Assembly (NCBI GenBank): GCA_048128005.1
Contig: JBEUKZ010000089.1
Coordinates: forward strand, 62,001 to 126,000
Source of the DNA: Veleropilina oligotropha
Taxonomy: Eukaryota
Length of the DNA stretch: 64,000 nucleotides
Reading direction: 5' to 3'
The notes below the pieces were generated by a model. The model searched no databases. It was not told the origin of the DNA and was given only the letters and a program-made list of their open reading frames with translations. How positions within the stretch are numbered: position 1 is the first letter of the stretch; each line of letters begins with the position of its first letter. The position numbers and the translations under genes are program-made. Positions 14,201 to 29,977 of this stretch are shown here, piece by piece.

Positions 14201-17002
14201 TGAAGATTTATTAAAATCTGTCCATTGAAACCAATGTTATGATACATTTAGTTTCCCTTACCAAAAATAGCAATTTTTAGCACTTTTTCCACATAGGTTG
14301 TGTTTCGTTTCCAACGTAGCGGGTATTATGTAATATACTTGAACATGGGTGGGTCAAAATGATGGCAGGATGTCTAATCAAACATATGTATGTGTAAAGG
14401 TAACAATTTGGGTCTGTTCCTGGCCTTAATAGGCTGTTTATGTGCAAACCCGAAAATTGGTGACCTTTTGACCTCTGATGACGTAATCCATGACGTCATC
14501 ATAATTTGCTAGATATCATTTTGTAGGTCTCACCAAGACCTTTACAACGGTGGACGATTTATTAAAATCGGTCCATTGAAACCAATGTTATGATAGATTT
14601 AGTTTCCCCCACCCCAAACAATTGGGAGTGGCGGTGAACACAAGAGAGTTCAAAAAGGGGCGTGGCAGGTACCTTGGGAATGAGATTTGTTTTCTGTTAA
14701 CATCATTTTTCTTGACCAGTGGTACCCAGGCAACTATGAGATAACAACCAAGTTTAGTTTTGTGAGGGTGCATGGCACCGCCACTAGCCCACGGACTATT
14801 GACAGTCAGCACTCGAACCCACACGGCTGTTGGAGCGACCTGTCAAAACCGAACATTTTGACCATCTAGACCATCTACAAATTGCAATAGAAATTCCGCA
14901 TAAAGAATTTTTAGCATATTGTGTTTACTGGTTTTAGAATGCAAAAGTAGTTAGATCATGAAATATTAATTGATTTCAAAACAATTTGTATATTTATTTT
15001 ACATCCAAATGAACACTTTGGTTGTCATGTGAGGAGAGTCTAAAGAACTTGCAACTTGTTAATTATTATTTATTGCCCACACTATGCAGGGGGAGCGACT
15101 TGGTTCTCTTGCTCAATATCAGCATGCAAAAAATTAAATTGCAAAAAAAAACTTGTATTTGTTAAAACATTTTTGTGAAAATAATAACATGGCTGGCAAA
15201 ATAAAAAACTTAACATTTCTGATTGGTGTTTACAGCTAATGTTACGTGATAAAAATATAATTGTTAAATGACCTCACTGTTCGAGCAAATTCATCCACAA
15301 TGCTTTGAAGTTAAAGACTACCCAGGGCACATATGTAGTAGGCCTACTTACTCGCTGATCTATAAAATGTCAAAACAGACAACAATTCCAACAGTTAACT
15401 ATTTTGAACCATGCAAATCATATTGAAAACGTGCCAATGCCAAACCGTGAAGTTTCAAATTGTAAAAAATTACTATTAGACTTGATTTTAAGTAATTTTA
15501 TTTTAGTTTTATATTTTTCAAGAGTTGAGTTAAATGATAATTTTGACTATTCTCTATTTATGATCCCCTCGGTTACCAAAGGGGGGGGGGTCTACCTATC
15601 AGCCAGTCTGTCTGTGTGCAATCGATATAGTTTCCGGGCACACCTCTAAAACCATAGTCATTATAGATATCTTCATACAACTTGCTGGATAGTGTTAGTG
15701 GGTTGGGAACTATTGCCTTTTGTTACGTTCAACTTTGTGCAGCGATTATTAACAGAGTTATTGCCCTTTTTAGCTCGCCTGTTAGAAGAACAATGAGAGC
15801 TATTATATTGTCATCAGCTTTTTGACAATTAAACTAGGGCTTCAATTTCTTTTAACTTTTACTTTTAGACATTGATGTTTATGGCATGCCATGTTACATT
15901 ATAAACGCTAGTGGATATATTATGGAAGTATTCTTGGGTAAAAGTTTGGTTATTTGACCAAATGTTTTAGTTATATTTTTCGCGTTTTAACAAACCATGG
16001 CTTCAAATTGTTTTAACTTTTACTGTTGCACTTTGTGTATGACATTCCATGGTACAATATAAATGCTAATATATAATATTATAGTGATTTTATTTTGGGA
16101 CGAAATGCAATTATTTGATTATTTTGCATTTAAGGAAAATGTGTAGATGATGCTTGATGATCTTTATTTCATTATATGACATTTACTTCAAATAAGTTTT
16201 ATTTTTCTTGGACATTCCCTCTATTTATCAAATTTGCACAGATTGAAATGTAATTAGTTTTAATTATATAATGAGCAACTCTTCTTAGTTCTAATCAGTT
16301 CTCATTTCTAGTCCGATCCGCTTACGTCGAAGAAATCCAATTCATCTGCTTTTGCTTCGCTAAGCTGCCATGTATATATGATTGCTGCTGCTAAATAAAC
16401 CATGATGTAAACTACACGCCGAGTTATACAGTGATATAAGAGAGGTTTAGTTTTTCACGTTGAACGTAGCACTTACGGGGTTTCTGCGTACTACGTCACA
16501 TATTTTGTTGTCACGTGTTATTATCGAGGGGTTCCCCAGCGTTTCAACTGCAGTTACAACGCGACAGAAGCCTCCCAGGAGTGAAAGGTAAAACGCCAAA
16601 TAGGTCAAACGTATACTTGAAATTTGTATTCAAGCTGAATATGTTGTGCTATATAATTTTATACATTATGATTATGAAGTGTTTATGTACGTTTAACCAC
16701 AAAGAATGGATACAATATAATTTGTTTGGTGGTTAAAGAGCTCAGAGAAATATCGCTAACTTCTTGACGCAAGTCCCCCATTTTTGGTGCTTGTACCAAT
16801 GATATCATAAACATGACCTATTTTTCATTCACTGTTGTCTCACAGGATATAAACAAACCAATTCTAGGCTTGTTTCACTTGTTTGCGAAATACTTTATAG
16901 CAGTCGTGCACTGTGTTATTCCAGAACGCTGTCTGTTATTTCCTTGTCAGATTATATAATCATAAACAAAGTACGCACACATGTGACAGGACGTAGAAAG
17001 GT

Positions 17003-18885
<1,883 letters not shown>

Positions 18886-19290
18886 TCTTTGGAAGTTATT
18901 GGGGGTGGGGTTCTTGCTGTGTTGTTTTCACAGGTATCGCAGTCACCGACTCGGGGCACCCGGTTTAACGTCTCTATCTTATGGGACGGAGCAAGTGTTG
19001 GTTGTTTTCTTTACCCAAGGGAAATCGTCGATATCGGGATTCGAACACCGTACTCTGCACACCAGAGATATACGCTCTGCCAAGGCTATCGGGTCAATCA
19101 ACTTTGAATGATCATATGAAATTATGCCGTGTGCAATGGAGACAGCATTGTTATGTGAAAAATCTTAAACATGTTCATCTAGAACCCACTCACTTTAGCT
19201 TGGTGTGTTCCCATTCCTATATAATAATTTGCATAAAATATATTCTAATTTCTTATATTTCAGTAAGTGTTCAAGTTCAGCTACATATAG

Positions 19291-20984
19291 ATGGCCACCA
19301 CAAAATTCAATCCAGTGATGAATCTACTGTTGTTGAGGGAAGTTGTCAGTACTAATCCCTATGGTTACAGTCGAAAGAAGTTATTAAATCTATCCATCAA
19401 AGAGAAACCCTGGGAGATGATTGCACACAATTTAAGAGTTCTGTCAGAGTTTACGGGAAAGTCACTAACTCCAAGGGCATGCCTTGATCATACAAAGCTG
19501 ATAGTAACACAGTGGAAGGCAGACGACTTCCGTGCATTCAAGGGGTATGTAACTAAGTACAATAATCATTTTAAATTGGATTTACATTTTGTTCAAATTT
19601 TAAAGGTGTACAGTAGTAACTAAGTGATAATAATAATAATAATAATAATGGACATTTATATTGCGCCGTATCGGCCCACGAATGCACGCTCACAGCGCTA
19701 TCACATAAATACCTCTGGTTTTCGACCTGTTCACATCTTTGAACCCATCTCAACTCTCAATGAGAGAATTACAGTCTAAGCAGCCATTATAGGCGCATCA
19801 GACTTCTCATTCTGACAATTTCCGTCACTGCCAACCAGGTACCCACTTCGATCATAGTCGGCTGGGTGGAACAGAGGCACATATCTGCTAAATTCTTTGC
19901 CTAAGGGAACTTTTCGCGATCGAACCCGAATCTCTCGCACTGTACCACGGCGACTATTTTGGTAACATTATCCAGTCAGTTAATCTATAGTGTCCTCAGT
20001 GCTTATCTTTTAACAATTTAGATTGCTAAAAAATCAGCGGAGCTCACAGGCCTCTTCTTTTCTAATCTTTTCAAATTAATATCCAAAATCCCAAGAAATA
20101 TCAGTACGTGCTGTTGAATCTCGCCCTTTATATATAAAGATATTTTTATGATGCACCACCAGAGCGCATGGCTCATTTATTTTTAAGTGAAATAAACCCA
20201 CCATCCACTATGATATTGTTAATTGTAATCTAAATATACAAAATTATATTTATTCAGCACTGACACTGATGATGAGGAGGTGACAGAAATAAAACAACTG
20301 GCTGATGAGGTAAATCAACTTATGGAGACAGGGCCAGACGAACCAGAACAGAATGCAGCAACGAAAAATGCAGGAGCTGATGTTCGGAATGCTGCCATGG
20401 AAACGCTGGCAGAGACGAGAAAGAGGAAGGCTGCTGAAGCTGAGTCAGATGGTATGCTGTAGATGCACTTTAAATATTTGAATGCTAAATATGATTTAAG
20501 AAATCAATATTAGATCAATTCTAGTAATTAATAGACATCTGACATTGAATAGTTCTAGGTAAAGTATACAATAACATTATATAAGTAAATTAAGGTTTGT
20601 GTAAATCTTTCATAGAATGAACAAAAACTTAATACTCACCAAATGTTGAGATGGTCGATACAAATTAGTGATTGTCTTCAATACAATGTCTACTTTTAAA
20701 TCGACATTATGTACAACATATTTATTCAATAAATTGTTACGCTTTCAGGTGATGTTGAACCTGAGCTGAATGGCCTGACCCCTAATAAGAGAGTTTCTAA
20801 ATCCAATATATTAACTTTCATGACTACGAAAGCCAAGTCTGATAGGGAGATGCATGAAAGGGAGCTCGATCTACGCAGAGAGTCTCTCGAACTTGAACGG
20901 AAACGTCTTGAACTGCAGGAGAAGAGAGACATGGAGCAGTCCGAAGAGCGTCGACTCTTCCTACAATTTATAATGAAAAAATGA
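19291..20984 (+). CDS. Harbinger accessory Myb/SANT(trihelix)-like DNA-binding protein, 3 exons (19291-19544, 20258-20451, 20749-20984), 227 aa
   Basis: GT-AG introns keep phase and there are no internal stops. LLLREVVSTNPY..WEMIAHNL N-terminus, NLS-like RKRK, and a C-terminal coiled coil ERELDLRRESLELERKRLELQE. Confidence 0.8.
19628..19950 (-). repeat. SINE (family B) in Harbinger intron
   Basis: (TAA)n tail at ~19628-19648; shares the CCAACCAGGTACCCA block with the copy at 25581-25870. Confidence 0.55.
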
Positions 20985-21227
20985 ATTTTGAACATTTTTA
21001 ACCTGTTGTTAGTTATTTTTATTTTTATTTTCATACTGGCAATGATAAATGCTTGTTGTGGAACAAATTAAACTATACTGAAATGCTTTAATATGCAACA
21101 AACATTTTCCCACATCTTTCTGTTATATCACGTATAAGTGATGTGTTGTTTCAAGGAATATTGTACTTGTATGTTTGTTGGCATGTTTTACTCATCGTCA
21201 TCTTTTCCGTACTATAGCTCTAGACAA

Positions 21228-22274
21228 ATGGATGACAACATTCTCCAGTTGTTACTGGATGGGAACCACGATGAGGATGTACTATTGTGGATGCTGGCTG
21301 ATGACCATGACGGAGATGATGGATGGCGAGATGTCAATTTCTGTTTAGATGATTATTCTGATAAAGAGTGCAAGAAAATGTTTAGGTTCTATAAGCAAGA
21401 TTTATATTCACTTTGTAGGTTCCTTAACATTCCTGAAAAGATTTTGAGTGAAAATAACAGTAAAACACAAGGTATCATTGCACTATGCATGTTGCTGAGG
21501 AGATTATCATATCCTAATCGGTTGTTTGATTTGCAATACACTTTTGGAAGGTCAGCAAATGAGCTTAGTGTTCTGATCAAGGCCACATTAAATCATGTGT
21601 ATAATAACTTTGGTCACTTGCTTCGCATGAACATTGTGCAATTCATGTTAGAACCATATTTGGGCAGATACGCAAATGCTATTCATGCAAAATGCCCCTT
21701 AAATAATGTCTTTGGATTTATTGATGGAACATTACGACCTATCTGTCGACCTGGACACAATCAAAGAGATAGTTTTTCAGGGCATAAGAGGTGTCATGGT
21801 GTAAAATTTCAATCTATCATGCTACCCGATGGTATCATAGGCAACATGTTTGGTCCCATTGAAGGACGAAGACACGATGCCTTCATGCTGCGGGAATATG
21901 GAATCCTACAAGCACTTGGGAATTTAACCCATTTTAATAACGTTCCATATGCTTTATATGGTGATCCGGCATACCCTTTGAGGCCTCAGTTACTCTGCCC
22001 ATTCAGGGGTGCCAGGTTAACCCAACAGCAACAAGACTTTAATACAACAATGTCATCTTGCAGACAATGTGTTGAGTGGGGTTTTGGTAAAATTACAACT
22101 CAGTGGGCTTTTCTAGATTTTCGACGCAATTTGAAGGTGCTGTTGCAGCCAGTGGCGAAATATTATATAGTAGGATCGCTTCTTACTAACTGCCATACAT
22201 GTATGTATGGCTCGCAGACAGGAACATACTTTAATATTGATCCACCCACCATTGAAGCTTATTTGGCTGCATGA
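21228..22274 (+). CDS. HARBI1-like DDE transposase/nuclease (DDE_Tnp_4 type), 348 aa from ATG 21228
   Basis: Uninterrupted ORF with LRRLSYPNR, GFIDGT (D), GRRHD, LYGDPAY (D) and CVEWGFG (E). Confidence 0.92.
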   Translation: MDDNILQLLLDGNHDEDVLLWMLADDHDGDDGWRDVNFCLDDYSDKECKKMFRFYKQDLYSLCRFLNIPEKILSENNSKTQGIIALCMLLRRLSYPNRLFDLQYTFGRSANELSVLIKATLNHVYNNFGHLLRMNIVQFMLEPYLGRYANAIHAKCPLNNVFGFIDGTLRPICRPGHNQRDSFSGHKRCHGVKFQSIMLPDGIIGNMFGPIEGRRHDAFMLREYGILQALGNLTHFNNVPYALYGDPAYPLRPQLLCPFRGARLTQQQQDFNTTMSSCRQCVEWGFGKITTQWAFLDFRRNLKVLLQPVAKYYIVGSLLTNCHTCMYGSQTGTYFNIDPPTIEAYLAA

Positions 22275-23221
22275 GATTTTTACATTTAATACATGAGTAT
22301 TTATAAAATTGTTATTACCAAATTATGAAGACTTATTTGAAAATCTAGATATGCCCATTCGCTTTGAGAAGAGGGATGTGTTAATGTTTGTAATAATGTA
22401 AATTACATATGAATATAATTCTCGTATAATCTAAGACGTGATCTGCAATGAGATGGAGCTCACCGATGATGTTATCGCATTCACTACCGGAAATAATCAT
22501 TCTGTGAATTATCTGCATGGGCATCTTATGATAACATCATTGTTGGGTGAGCATGCCGATAGGTAATTAATAGAAAATGATTATATCTGGTACTGAATCA
22601 TGGGCTAGCTTCATCCCAGTGAAGATTACTTGGATACCAGATGATAGATTACATCTTAGATGGTACAAGAATACTGGGCCATTCTACTTTATGTTTGCCA
22701 ATACAAGTTTTATGGAGTATTATTCTAGTCATAATCATATACCATATGTTTTGTCATGATCTGCTGCTCATATCACTGCAATACTACAATCTAGTTATGT
22801 TTAGTTAATGAACATGTTACATTTACTAATCTGCTCACAGTAACATTTAATTTTTTGTTAAACATTGTTTACATTTTAATATGTTTATTTATTGATATTG
22901 TACCAAACATGTTACATTTACTAATTTGCTCACCGTAGCACTTAAGATTAATGGTACACAATGAGTACATTTAAATATGTTTAGATACCATGTTACAATA
23001 CTCATGTGTTCACTGTTGCATTTAATGTTTAATGGTAAATAATAAATGAACGAGTCCATTTTAATTATTATTAAAGTAATAGTCTTTGTTTCTTTATTAT
23101 ATGTGACAAGGGTCATTAAGGAATATTTAATTTAATTTCATGCATTTTAAAATATTGTTGTCTTTTGACGAAAGTATTCCAGAAAAAGGATTGCATAGCA
23201 GAGGTGAGATGATGATAATGA

Positions 23222-24297
23222 AATTATATTTAACGACCACGCCAACAATTTTTCAGTCTTAAATCAGGTTAATCAATTTTGCATGATGAGATGAATTGAC
23301 GCTGTGTGCAATGAAGACAGCATTGTTATGGAAAAGTCCTGGCACTCTCACGGTATGAATCCACGATCATTGGCTTTGAAGACCAGCATCTTATCTTCTG
23401 CTTCTGCCAATTACTGTCCACAATCAACAAGGTGATTATTATGACAAATGGGTGTGCGCAGAAAAGAAAAAAGAACAAAAAAAAAAAAAAAAAACAGTTA
23501 GTGAGAATGTGTGTCTGAGACATGACGTTTAAAGGTCTCAAGTGTCTCAGATGCCACGGTGTCCGGCGTCAAGCTATTCCATTCCCTGATGGTACGTGGG
23601 AAGAATGAGTTCTTTCTATAGTCATTTTTGCACGCAGGAATTTGGTAAGCAGACTCGTGACTATTCCTGGATGTTCTGTTAGATGGTATGAGCCTGCCTC
23701 CGTGGTCCATGCAAACAAGATCATTTTGAATTTTGTAGATGATGGACAGTCGTGCTGTTCGTCTCCTTGCCTGTAGAGATGGCCACTCCAAGGTGCGGAG
23801 CATGTCCGTGACGCTTGCAGTCCTCCTGTAGTTGGTGACATATCTCGCAGCTCTACGCTGGACCATCTCTATCTTGTTAATCTCCATTTTTGTTGGTAAG
23901 GATCCCATACAGAGCTTGCATATTCCACGAGAGGGCGAACAAGGGATTTATACGCACTCTGTTTCACGGAGGGTGAGCCAATGTTGAGGTTCCGTTTGAG
24001 AAAACCAATAGTGCGGTTAGCTTTCCCACAGATGTCGCTTATGTGGTTGTTCCAACGCAAATCGGTTGTTACCGTACAACCCAGATATTTGGCGGAGGCC
24101 ACTGAGTCTAGTGTGTGGCCATGAAGCGTGTACTGGTGTTTTATAGTGTTCCGTTTCCTGGAGATGGTAAGCACTTGGCATTTGTCGGGGTGAAAAGCCA
24201 TTTTCCATGCCTGTTCCCAAATGGCAAGCTTGTCCAAGTCGGCTTGCAATACACCAGCATCACTGTCAGAGGTCACCGTTATCCACTCGGCCACGCA
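23222..24297 (-). repeat. tRNA-derived SINE interrupted by a LINE fragment
   Basis: Minus-strand head GCGTGGCCGAGTGGATAA (A-box-like) continues after the insertion as GATAAGATGCTGGTC..GGATTCATACC (B-box-like). Tail is ..GGCGTGGTCGTTAAAT. A partial second copy lies at ~19120-19168. Confidence 0.65.
23396..24278 (-). mobile_element. 5'-truncated CR1-group LINE 3' fragment
   Basis: Post-RT region LQADLDKL..W.MAFHPDKC..KYLG..LVRPLVEYASSVWDP..VQRRAAR..SFFPRTIREWN with one frameshift. (GCAGAA)n tail. 5-bp duplication TTATC at 23391-23395 and 24279-24283. Confidence 0.85.
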
Positions 24298-25580
24298 TAC
24301 CATAGGTGTTAACTTATATGTAACTAAATCAATGAAGATGTTAGAAGATCATGAAATAGTCATATTTTATAACACAGATGTCCTCTACACTTTAATTTAA
24401 CATTTCGGTGATAGTATGGTTTAGTCCTCGTTCATCCGCCGCAGCAGAGATTTCTTGTGTGTGCTCTACCGTGAAAAGTTTCAATCCATTTCGATTGAAA
24501 TTTGGTATGCATGTTAGTTATGATGAGGACACGCCATTGCTTTATCCAAGATGGCCGCGGCGGCTATTTTGTTTGGAGAGATTTCTTGTGCGCACTCTAC
24601 AATGAAAAGTTATTATCTGATTGGATTTATATTTGGTATGCACGTTCGTTATGATTACAGGTTGAACCCGACACTAAAGTACCATACATATACAACGTCA
24701 CGATATAACTTGAACTTCATGTTACAAGTTGAAGTTACAAGTTCAACCTCCAACTAAACCTCTCTATAGTCTTCCCCCTACCACTGCTCGACTGATTGGG
24801 GTCAGTCATGGGATCATGACCACCTAATCATCCCACGAGTATGGTCTTCACAACATGACATATTACCTCTTGGGATTCGAGCAGCCACTAGTTAGAGGGC
24901 TTACAACCTGTCCTTCGAAGGAGACGTTAAACCGAGGAACTGGCTGTAAAAGGAGTGAAATATTCTTGAACTGCGGTCATTAAAGTACCAATCCCATCCA
25001 ATCCAAATGATAACTCGGCAAATCATGCCAAAAGTATAGTCTGGTCTGGCTTTACAATATTTGATAGACACAATGCCGACTGATGGACGTTAGATCAGAA
25101 GTGTCATAATTAGTTGAGCCGAGTAAACGGATAAACTATTGTATTGAGGCTGTCTGTGTGGTGGTGTATGTCCGCGGCTCAACTATGCTTCCTCTCGGAT
25201 GCGCTTGTTTAGATGGTAATTAATAACACTCAAGGTCCCTCTTGCCATGGGTGTGCTCGTATTTAGTAAAGTTACAATGACTAGATTGTGGCATTTAAAG
25301 ACAGAAAATGTTTATTTCTGGATTTAACACGTTTATCATAAAAAAACAACTATATAGACAACATGACTAGATTGTGGTATTAAAACAGAACAGTTTTAAC
25401 TAAAACTTGCAATAATGTGAGTTCTATTATAGCTGCATTTTTACGCTTATGTCACAATGTGCTTCTCATTATCACTGGCATGGACCTGTTAAATCATAGA
25501 ACCAGCTCAACTTCCTTTGGCGCATGCAGTCAAAATTATTACAATCAAAAGGACATGGCTGAAAATATGCAGATCATAAA

Positions 25581-25870
25581 ATAATAATAATAATAATTGG
25601 GGATTTATATCGTGCTGTATCCATATATATGCTCGCAGATGCTGTTAAAATTTTTATCCCTTTTTTTTCCGGCCTGTTCTTATCATGGATCCATCTCCGC
25701 TCTCTTTGAGGGTATTACAGTCATGCCAACCAGGTACCCATTTAGATCGGCTGTGAGAACTGAGGCAAATATATGCTTAATTTCTTGCCCAAGGGAAGTC
25801 GCCGCGATCAGGGTTGAACCCCAAACCTCTCAATGAGAGGCCAGTGCATCTACCACTGAGCCACGGCTGC
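25581..25870 (-). repeat. tRNA-derived CORE-like SINE (family B)
   Basis: Minus strand: GTGGCTCAGTGGTAG (A box), GGTTCAACCC (B box), CCCTTGGGCAAG..TGCCTCAGT..AAATGGG (CORE-like), (TTA)n tail. Confidence 0.7.
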
Positions 25871-25935
25871 AAATATCCTTATGGATTGGGAAAACAACAA
25901 ATATGTCTCAAAATTTGAATATTTTTTCAGTATAT

Positions 25936-26506
25936 CAGAGTGTTCCACCTGTAACTAATATGAAATCGGGATTTGAGCGCCGAAGTATGCTAGGGGGTAC
26001 TGGGGCATGCCCGCCCTCCCCCCTGGAAAATTTTGAAATGTACCAGCTCTGTAATGTCATTTCCGGCAATTTACTCAAAATATGCACCAATCGGGTGCGA
26101 TTTCCATTTATTTTAATTTTATATTTGCGATTCAGTGAAATGTGGCTAAAAAGCGCCGCCATTAAGTTTCGGTAAGGCCTGCGATGTTAATCGGGAGGAA
26201 GTCATTCGTTTCCATGATCGATTTCGCGCATATTTACATTCTATGGTTTGCGTACATTATCCCGAGACGTCAATCTAGTTTCGTGCTTGTCACTAAGCAG
26301 CACATGAACCATATTAACATCCAAATATGTCTTCATTTATCAAAGTAATAAATTTTATATCGTTCACATGCAACACAATAAATATAATTTGCAATTGTTT
26401 AGCAAGATTGGGATTTTCCTATCCCGACAGTAAGCACGTCGGAAGACGGGATGGCCTTAGCCAAATCGGGATAATCCCGCCGAAATCGGGATGGTTGGCC
26501 ACTCTA
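25936..26506. mobile_element. Possible decayed non-autonomous hAT-like element
   Basis: Imperfect ends CAGAGTGTTCCACC / TAGAGTGGCCAACC (10/14) and repeated ATCGGGA subterminal motifs; no clean TSD. Confidence 0.35.
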
Positions 26507-28554
26507 CTACTATATGGATTGGGTTAGGGTTAAATATCAAACATTGCCAAAACCTTGGCCAGAAACGAGTGAGTTTATCTGTTAACGCGACATAATCACG
26601 TAGAGTTAAAGATAAGATAGATCCAGTGTGCAAGTACTGGTGCTAGGATATCTTTCCTCTTCACAAAAATGCACACCGATTTCTTTTCCCAGACCTCCAG
26701 GGGGCAAGGTGGATGCACCAGAAATGAACTGGAGTACATGTCCGACTCCAACATGTTCACACTTTCCATCTGTAATCATAAAATTTACAAATTGATGCAG
26801 TGACAGTGTCGCAGTTTTACTCTTCTGGTAACCACATCCAATATTGTTTTTATGTAATTTTCTTCACTTATAATTAAATTAAATTGTTTTCATTTTCAGT
26901 TCTATTAAACAGTTTGCCCTTTATACCGTAATAAAATCCAAACATTCATTCAACTAATGACATATAGAGCTGCGGAAAATTTAACATATATGTGCAACAA
27001 CCTGTTGCGTTGGTCAAATATAGCCCATCCAATAAATTGCATCTATATTTGGGCAGTGACCTAATATATATGCAAATGAGATCACATGTATAAATGACAT
27101 CTTTGATTGGCTGATGATATAATGACATTATGATGATGTCATAAAAACAAGGGCCTCGAAGGTGAAATGCATGATCCCAGTGCAGATCTTTATGAATATT
27201 GTATGTTGCAGAATAAACCGACTACTACGCAAGTGTCTTAAAACACAAGCTGCATTTGGTCTTGAAAGTATTCTCAATATTTGGCATTTCATGCGCACAC
27301 ATCTGCAAAAAATGCCTAGTGCAACTGCCAACGATTTAATGTGAAACTTTAACGCAATGTTGGGGTAACATGTAGATTAAAATGTGTTCATTTGTCCCTG
27401 TCTCACATCTAAGGTGGTCACGAGAGTGGATGATTTGATAATCCATTTTTGACTCCTTTAGAACCAAGACACGCAAAAAAGTCTCTGTTTATGATTTATT
27501 ACCCAGCAACTCTTACCTTCACAGTCATAAATGAAGGACTCCAAGTTTTGTGCCACTTCTGACGCTTTTCGGCCATTACTCCCAGGTTCACCATGAGCAT
27601 CAATGTTAAACAGGCCCACAAGCTGGTCTGCATTCAGTGGGGGCATGGTTCCACAGGCTTTGCAAAATATCTTTTCAATCTCTGTTGACAAAATATGACA
27701 AATATTTATCCCCACCTTGTTCAACAACCAAACGTCAAACGTAGCACCGTTGCACAACTACATGATGTAGTGATCATGTATGCCAAAATATTCCCAGCAG
27801 GTTGGGAGAAGTAGTCCGGACATGTTAATAACAGACGATGTTTAGAAGTCCAGAGGTCACTATGTCAAGGTCAAAGGTCATAACGGGAAAATTTATCACC
27901 GTTGCACAACTACATGATAGGATTATTTACCTCGAGCGCCAACTACAGTATACGACATTAATATGACCTTGACCTTCCACCTATGAGTTGCATGTGATTT
28001 GTAAAAATTCACGATGATCCCGGTTGCGTGATAACTGTCTGAGAGATCCAAATAAGCTATGGTGAGGGAATTTTATAATTGCCTCCCAACTTGACAGTTT
28101 TAATGGAGAAATTCATAAATAATTTGGCAAATTATACCAAAAGCTCTGCGATTTGTGTTAAATATGCTTGATCAAGCAGGTGGGCATTAAGCCTAATTGG
28201 TCTCTTGTCTTTTACCTGGAAAACATGTCAACAAGGTCTTCAGCCCAACTGCTTTTGCTCCTTTCCAAAATTCATCAAGCATCACCTGTGTACGTGTCAC
28301 GTCACTAATGAATACAATTAGTGCCTTCACAACTGAGGACCTTGTGCTATCTGTCAGCCGTACATGAATCCCCGCTTCCATCATTACATCCAAGACGCTG
28401 TCTTCCAATGACAAAGCATGTGCATTACCATGAATGATCTGAAAAGAGAAAGATTAAAGGATTTGGCTCTACCGACTGAATAATTTATGGTTTTGTAATT
28501 TCTGTGTCTTCAATAGCTCATCCTAAATAGCACGGACAGTGCTATTGTCCTCAG

Positions 28555-29977
28555 CACATTGGTAATATTACCCCAATCTTTAAGAAGGGAAGTAGGTCAA
28601 ACACCCAAAATTATCGACCTATTAGTCTGACATCAATAGTAGGCAAGATCATGGAATCTATCTTAAAGGATGCTATCTTACAACACATTAATAAATTTGA
28701 CATGCTAAACCTTAGTCAGCATGGGTTTATGGCGAAACGGTCTTGTTTAACCAACTTACTGGAATTTTTTGAAGATGTAACAACCGCCATAGATACGGGC
28801 AAACCAGTTGATATAATATATCTTGATTTTCAAAAGGCATTCGACAAAGTACCACATAAACGGCTGATACAAACATTAAGTAACCATGGTCTGAAAGGTC
28901 CAATAATAAACTGGATAAGGATGTGGATAGAAAATAGAAAACAGAGGGTTGTAATAAATGGGATCAAGTCAAAGTGGGAGCCGGTACTAAGTGGAGTCCC
29001 ACAAGGTTCTGTTTTGGGCCCATTGCTGTTTCTTATATATTTAAATGACATTGATGACGTCATTACATCTCTTGTAAAAAAGTTTGCAGACGATACCAAA
29101 TTGTACAGAATTGTTGAAACTGAAGAAGATGCAAAAACACTTCAAAGTGATTTAAACAATCTGGTAAAATGGTCAGAGGATTGGCAAATGCTTTTTAACA
29201 CCAGTAAATGTAAGGTATTGCATGCGGGTTATAACAACAAAACTTTCAATTATAAAATGGGTTCAGATACCTTAGAAGTAGTAACAAAAGAGAAAGATTT
29301 GGGTGTATGGGTAGACAATACGTTTAAACCATCAAATCAATGTGCAGAATCAGCTAAAAAGGGAAATCAAATATTGGGAATGATAAAGAGAAACTTTAAT
29401 TTTAAATCCAGAGTCATCATAACACGCTTATACAAGCAAATGGTTAGACCGCATTTAGAATATGCAGTGCAAGCATGGAGCCCATATCTTGCAAAGGATA
29501 TCAAAATTCTTGAACAAGTTCAAAGAAGAGCCACAAAATTGATAGGCGAATTGAGAGAATTACCTTATGAGGATAGACTAAGAGCACTTAACCTCACAAC
29601 ATTGTCTTTGAGAAGGACACGGGGCGATATGATTCAGGTATTTAAAATGTTTACAGGAATTGACAATGTTGACAGTACTTTCTTTTTTCAGATGAACCAA
29701 AGACCGACCAGGGGCCATAAATACAAAGTTTACAAAACAAGATTCTGACTCGACGTTAGGAAACACTTTTTCTCAAATCGGGTTGTCGATGAATGGAACA
29801 GTCTTCCTAGTAATGTAGTAGAATCAACATCTGTAAACCAATTTAAAAACCGCATAGATGATTATTTTAAGAAACAGGGCAGGCTATAGATGACCAGAAA
29901 CGACAATGGGTTTTAATATGAGTGGCAGTAATGCACTTCCTAAACCCAAACAAATTCTATTTAAATCTATTTAAATC
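28555..29977 (+). mobile_element. 5'-truncated CR1 LINE (reverse transcriptase) in HECT intron
   Basis: PIFKKG..NYRPISLTS, QHGF, YLDFQKAFDKV, SGVPQGSVLGP, FADD. Premature TGA at 29746 with the frame continuing to TAG at 29889. Short (TCTATTTAAA)n tail. Confidence 0.92.

Larger units (their letters stand above)
2107..14798 (+). mobile_element. Academ (AcademX-type) DNA transposon, full extent, decayed
   Basis: Terminal inverted repeats >300 bp, starting TAGTCCGTGGGCTAGTGGCGG (2107) and ending ..GCCACTAGCCCACGGACTA (14798). 3-bp TSD TTG at 2104-2106 and 14799-14801. Encodes a DDE+XPG-like protein. Confidence 0.88.
1885..14875 (-). repeat. SINE-like family A copy split by the Academ insertion (1885-2106 and 14799-14875)
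   Basis: The joined flanks (..cagcggaatcaagtcagtgacttg|acagtcagcactcgaacccacac..) align with the uninterrupted copy at 47720-47770 (..cagcggaatcaagtcaatgatttcagagtctgcaactgaaaccacac..). Confidence 0.65.

Noticed and set aside
2121..14824. Two similar short ORFs (2121-2342 + and 14588-14824 -)
   Set aside because: Chance translations of the Academ TIRs.
23461..23494. Poly-A run as a plus-strand retroposon tail
   Set aside because: It is a T-rich tract in the 3' UTR of a minus-strand LINE whose tail is (GCAGAA)n.
25810..25870. tRNA gene (also 24280-24297 and ~57930)
   Set aside because: A/B-box-like heads run into SINE bodies; no full cloverleaf seen.
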